From Candidatus Saccharimonadota bacterium (GTDB taxonomy: Bacteria > Patescibacteriota > Saccharimonadia > Saccharimonadales > DTSZ01), in assembly GCA_012965045.1 (NCBI GenBank), contig DTSZ01000001.1:748024-812023 (forward strand): a stretch of 64,000 nt of DNA, written 5' to 3'. The notes below the pieces were generated by a model. That model worked only from the letters and a program-made list of their open reading frames with translations, made no database searches and was not told the DNA's origin. The position numbers were made by a program, and so were the translations under genes. This document shows positions 61,651-64,000 of the stretch, piece after piece (positions within the stretch are counted from its first letter, which is position 1; each line of letters begins with the position of its first letter).

Positions 61651-62360
61651 TGAAGGATCAAGATCAAAAAGGGATATTTAAGTCAGACTTAACCATAAAG
61701 AGTGTGTATGAAGGAGCCTGGGAATTATTTACTAGTAATTTACGCACGCTAATTACCCTGGCAGCGATTCCGTCACTGCTACTGCTTATAAATGGCTTAA
61801 TAGGTCTAGGGATATTCGAAGTTGCAGGCAGTGAGGAAAGCTTAAAAGTGGGGGTTGGATTTGCTGGAGTAGCATTTTTTATTGCAACGATTGTGCTGGT
61901 AATTGTTGCGAGTATTTTGGTTGAGGCAGGATCAATTAAGGGCTTACTAAAAAATGGCTCAAAGGAATTTAGTGTTAAAGAAGGTTTTGATCTGGGAAAA
62001 AAGCACTTTATGGCCTTTCTAGGCGTTAGCTTGGTGGTGGTGCTGTATGTGCTATTCGGACTAATCTTGTTGATTGTTCCGGGTGTGTTGTTTGCAATTT
62101 GGTATAGCTTAGCGCCAATAATTGTCTTAGATAAAAATATAAGCACCAGCGATGCAATGAAGCAAAGTAAAGACTTAGTTAGATCAAATATGGGCGTATT
62201 AGCAAAAAATTATGTTGTATTTGTGTTGATTTCCGTAGTGCTTGGTTCGTTGTTTGATGACGCATTTTCTAGCGCAATTTATAACCTGTTTGCAAGTGGA
62301 TTTGGAGCTGCTCTCTACGTCGTAATCTACAAACGGTTACCATTAAAAGATGAGAACTAA
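61650..62360 (+). CDS. multi-TM membrane protein, function unknown
   Basis: 236 aa; GTG overlaps the msrB stop; about 6 hydrophobic helices. Confidence 0.55.
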   Translation: MKDQDQKGIFKSDLTIKSVYEGAWELFTSNLRTLITLAAIPSLLLLINGLIGLGIFEVAGSEESLKVGVGFAGVAFFIATIVLVIVASILVEAGSIKGLLKNGSKEFSVKEGFDLGKKHFMAFLGVSLVVVLYVLFGLILLIVPGVLFAIWYSLAPIIVLDKNISTSDAMKQSKDLVRSNMGVLAKNYVVFVLISVVLGSLFDDAFSSAIYNLFASGFGAALYVVIYKRLPLKDEN

Positions 62361-63336
62361 ATACCCTGATAAATTACAAAAAGGGGACGCCGTTGCTGTT
62401 GTGGCCTTGAGTGGCTCTGATTCATATAAAACCAAAGAAGACTTTAAAAAATCAGAGCGGGCCCTAAAGCAACTTGGTCTGACTGTTACATATGGCAAAA
62501 ATCTCCATAAAGGCGATCTACCACTTGATACACCGAATTTAGCTGATCGGGTTGATGATTTTCATGCAGCTATTGAAGATCCAAAAGTCAAAGCAATTTT
62601 TTTATTAGCCGGCGGATGGCATGCAAATCAAACATTACCACTGATTGACTGGAAAAAAGTAAAAAAGAACCCAAAAATATTTTTAGGCCACTCAGATGGA
62701 GCGGTGTTGTGTAATGCCATATTTCAAAAAACAGGGATCGTTACATACTATGGCGGCAACTATTCAGCTCTAGGTAGTGATATGGGTGCAGATTTTATTC
62801 ATTCATTCCTAAAAAAATCGCTCTTTAATGAGTCTGACTTTGACCTAAGCGAGCCCAACAAATATTTCGATATTGATTTCAGTAGTGGTGAAAAAGTCAT
62901 TACCGAACATAAAAATGATGGTTGGTGGGTCATTCAACAAGCTATAGGGGCAGGCAACATTACTGGCGGAAATCTGTCCAGTGCATTGTTGCTGCACGGT
63001 ACAGATTTTGCTCCAAACTATAAAGATTCAGTACTGTTCGTTGAAATGCACAGAAACAGCTTGGCAGGTTTTGACCGCATGCTAGAAGCAATATTGCAGC
63101 AAAAAGACGGCGATAAGCTTGAAGCATTAGTTATTGGGCGTTTTCAGAGTGAAGCCAACGTTAGTCGAGCTGACTTAGAAAAAATACTGTTAGCTAAAAA
63201 TGCACTACAAGGCGTGCCGATAATTGCTAATGTTGATTTCGGACACACACTACCACGAGTAACTGTACCTATTGGTGCGAGCTGTTTGGTGCGGGCTACA
63301 AAGTCTGAGATACTGATTCGGATAGAAGAACATTAG
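62350..63336 (+). CDS. LD-carboxypeptidase (peptidase S66, LdcA/MccF-like)
   Basis: 328 aa; LQKGDAVAVVALSG, nucleophile motif GHSDGAVL, C-terminal VDFGHTLP. Confidence 0.8.
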   Translation: MRTKYPDKLQKGDAVAVVALSGSDSYKTKEDFKKSERALKQLGLTVTYGKNLHKGDLPLDTPNLADRVDDFHAAIEDPKVKAIFLLAGGWHANQTLPLIDWKKVKKNPKIFLGHSDGAVLCNAIFQKTGIVTYYGGNYSALGSDMGADFIHSFLKKSLFNESDFDLSEPNKYFDIDFSSGEKVITEHKNDGWWVIQQAIGAGNITGGNLSSALLLHGTDFAPNYKDSVLFVEMHRNSLAGFDRMLEAILQQKDGDKLEALVIGRFQSEANVSRADLEKILLAKNALQGVPIIANVDFGHTLPRVTVPIGASCLVRATKSEILIRIEEH

Positions 63337-63354
63337 TGGCGCACTTTGCGCCAC
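63336..63354 (+). terminator. GC hairpin right after the LD-carboxypeptidase stop (no U-tract)
   Basis: GTGGCGCactttGCGCCAC. Confidence 0.35.
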
Positions 63355-63449
63355 GGAGTGTAGTGCATCGAGTAGAGAGTGGTAGACTGAAAATTAATGT
63401 AAAATATTACAAGTAGCTTAGAAATTTCAGAATGATTAGGGGTTTATGA

Positions 63450-63980
63450 ATGACAGATAATACAAAAAAAGCTAGCTTATTATGGATTGATTTAGAAATG
63501 ACCGGCATAGAGCCTGACAACTCAAAAATCATTGAGGTTGGGGTAATTGCGACCGATTGGGATATGACTGAAATAGCTACATATGAAACTGTTATAGCCC
63601 AAGACCAGGCCACCCTTGATCAAGCTGACCCGTGGGTAAAGGAAAACATGGCCGAATTATTAAGTAAATCAACCCAAGGAATACCAGAAGCTCAGGCCGA
63701 GCAAACCGTGGTTGATTTAGTGCAAAAGCACTTTGACCTAAAGCAACCTGTGTATTTAGCGGGCAATTCAATCCATCAGGACCGTAGATTCATTCGAAAG
63801 TACTGGCCTAAATTAGAAGCCTTGCTGCACTATCGCATGGTAGACGTTAGCGCTTGGAAAGTTGTAATGGCTCATAAATACGCCGTTAATTTTAAAAAAG
63901 AAAGCTCACACCGCGCACTTGAAGATATTCGTGGTTCTATCGAAGAAATGAAGCTATATTTCGAGCAGATCAAAGATTAA
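63450..63980 (+). CDS. orn: oligoribonuclease
   Basis: 176 aa; LLWIDLEMTGIEPDNSKIIEVGVIATD, HQDRRFI, HRALEDIRGSIEEMKLY (DEDDh exonuclease motifs). Confidence 0.93.
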   Translation: MTDNTKKASLLWIDLEMTGIEPDNSKIIEVGVIATDWDMTEIATYETVIAQDQATLDQADPWVKENMAELLSKSTQGIPEAQAEQTVVDLVQKHFDLKQPVYLAGNSIHQDRRFIRKYWPKLEALLHYRMVDVSAWKVVMAHKYAVNFKKESSHRALEDIRGSIEEMKLYFEQIKD

Positions 63981-64000
63981 TCTAATCGTCCTGCAATGAT

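Noticed and set aside
1-64000. CRISPR arrays, IS elements, prophage/ICE, integrases, rRNA operon, alternative genetic code (UGA recoding)
   Set aside because: I saw no repeat-spacer periodicity and no transposase, integrase or phage structural signatures in any frame. Conserved genes (e.g. malic enzyme, the ATPase at 41806) terminate at TGA with full-length products, so code 11 applies. The two GC-rich patches lack mobility genes and are reported as compositional islands only.

Overview
This is a 64-kb chromosomal window from a small-genome, moderately AT-rich bacterium that uses the standard genetic code (TAA, TAG and TGA all close conserved genes). Several traits suggest a CPR/Patescibacteria, Saccharibacteria-like episymbiont: seven tandem TrbC/VirB2-like 'T4SS-pilin' minigenes, a 2495-aa surface protein, FemAB plus MurE-like wall genes, many orphan small proteins, many leaderless or near-leaderless mRNAs behind extended -10 (TGnTAnnnT) promoters, and almost no regulators. 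This placement is inference only, because no rRNA lies in the window. I support about 62 CDS and 4 tRNAs (Ser-TGA, Ser-GCT, Arg-GCG, Ser-GGA). I also support a CIRCE operator in front of groES-groEL, several intrinsic terminators and two copies of a ~480-nt structured RNA. Housekeeping genes are valS, tsaD, groES/EL, hsp20, comF, HIT, msrB, orn, tag, malic enzyme, PGI/PMI and two ABC systems. I saw no CRISPR array, transposase, integrase or rRNA. Four things stand out. (1) A six-gene surface locus (11.4-24.8 kb): the giant protein shares its C-terminal domain with two tandem ~350-aa secreted paralogs, and two membrane-anchored DUF916/DUF3324-like proteins are interleaved. It looks like a divergent Csc/WxL-like or fibre-type adhesion apparatus. 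(2) Two diverged copies of an unclassified, pseudoknotted ~480-nt RNA with compensatory base changes, bracketing a femX-femX-murE-like cassette. (3) The pilin array, whose members carry hypervariable Cys-bounded loops. (4) Two GC-rich patches (sampled lines 57-65 % GC), one encoding a CWB2-type cell-wall-binding protein and one next to tRNA-Ser, that look like acquisitions from a high-GC (actinobacterial, possibly host) donor.
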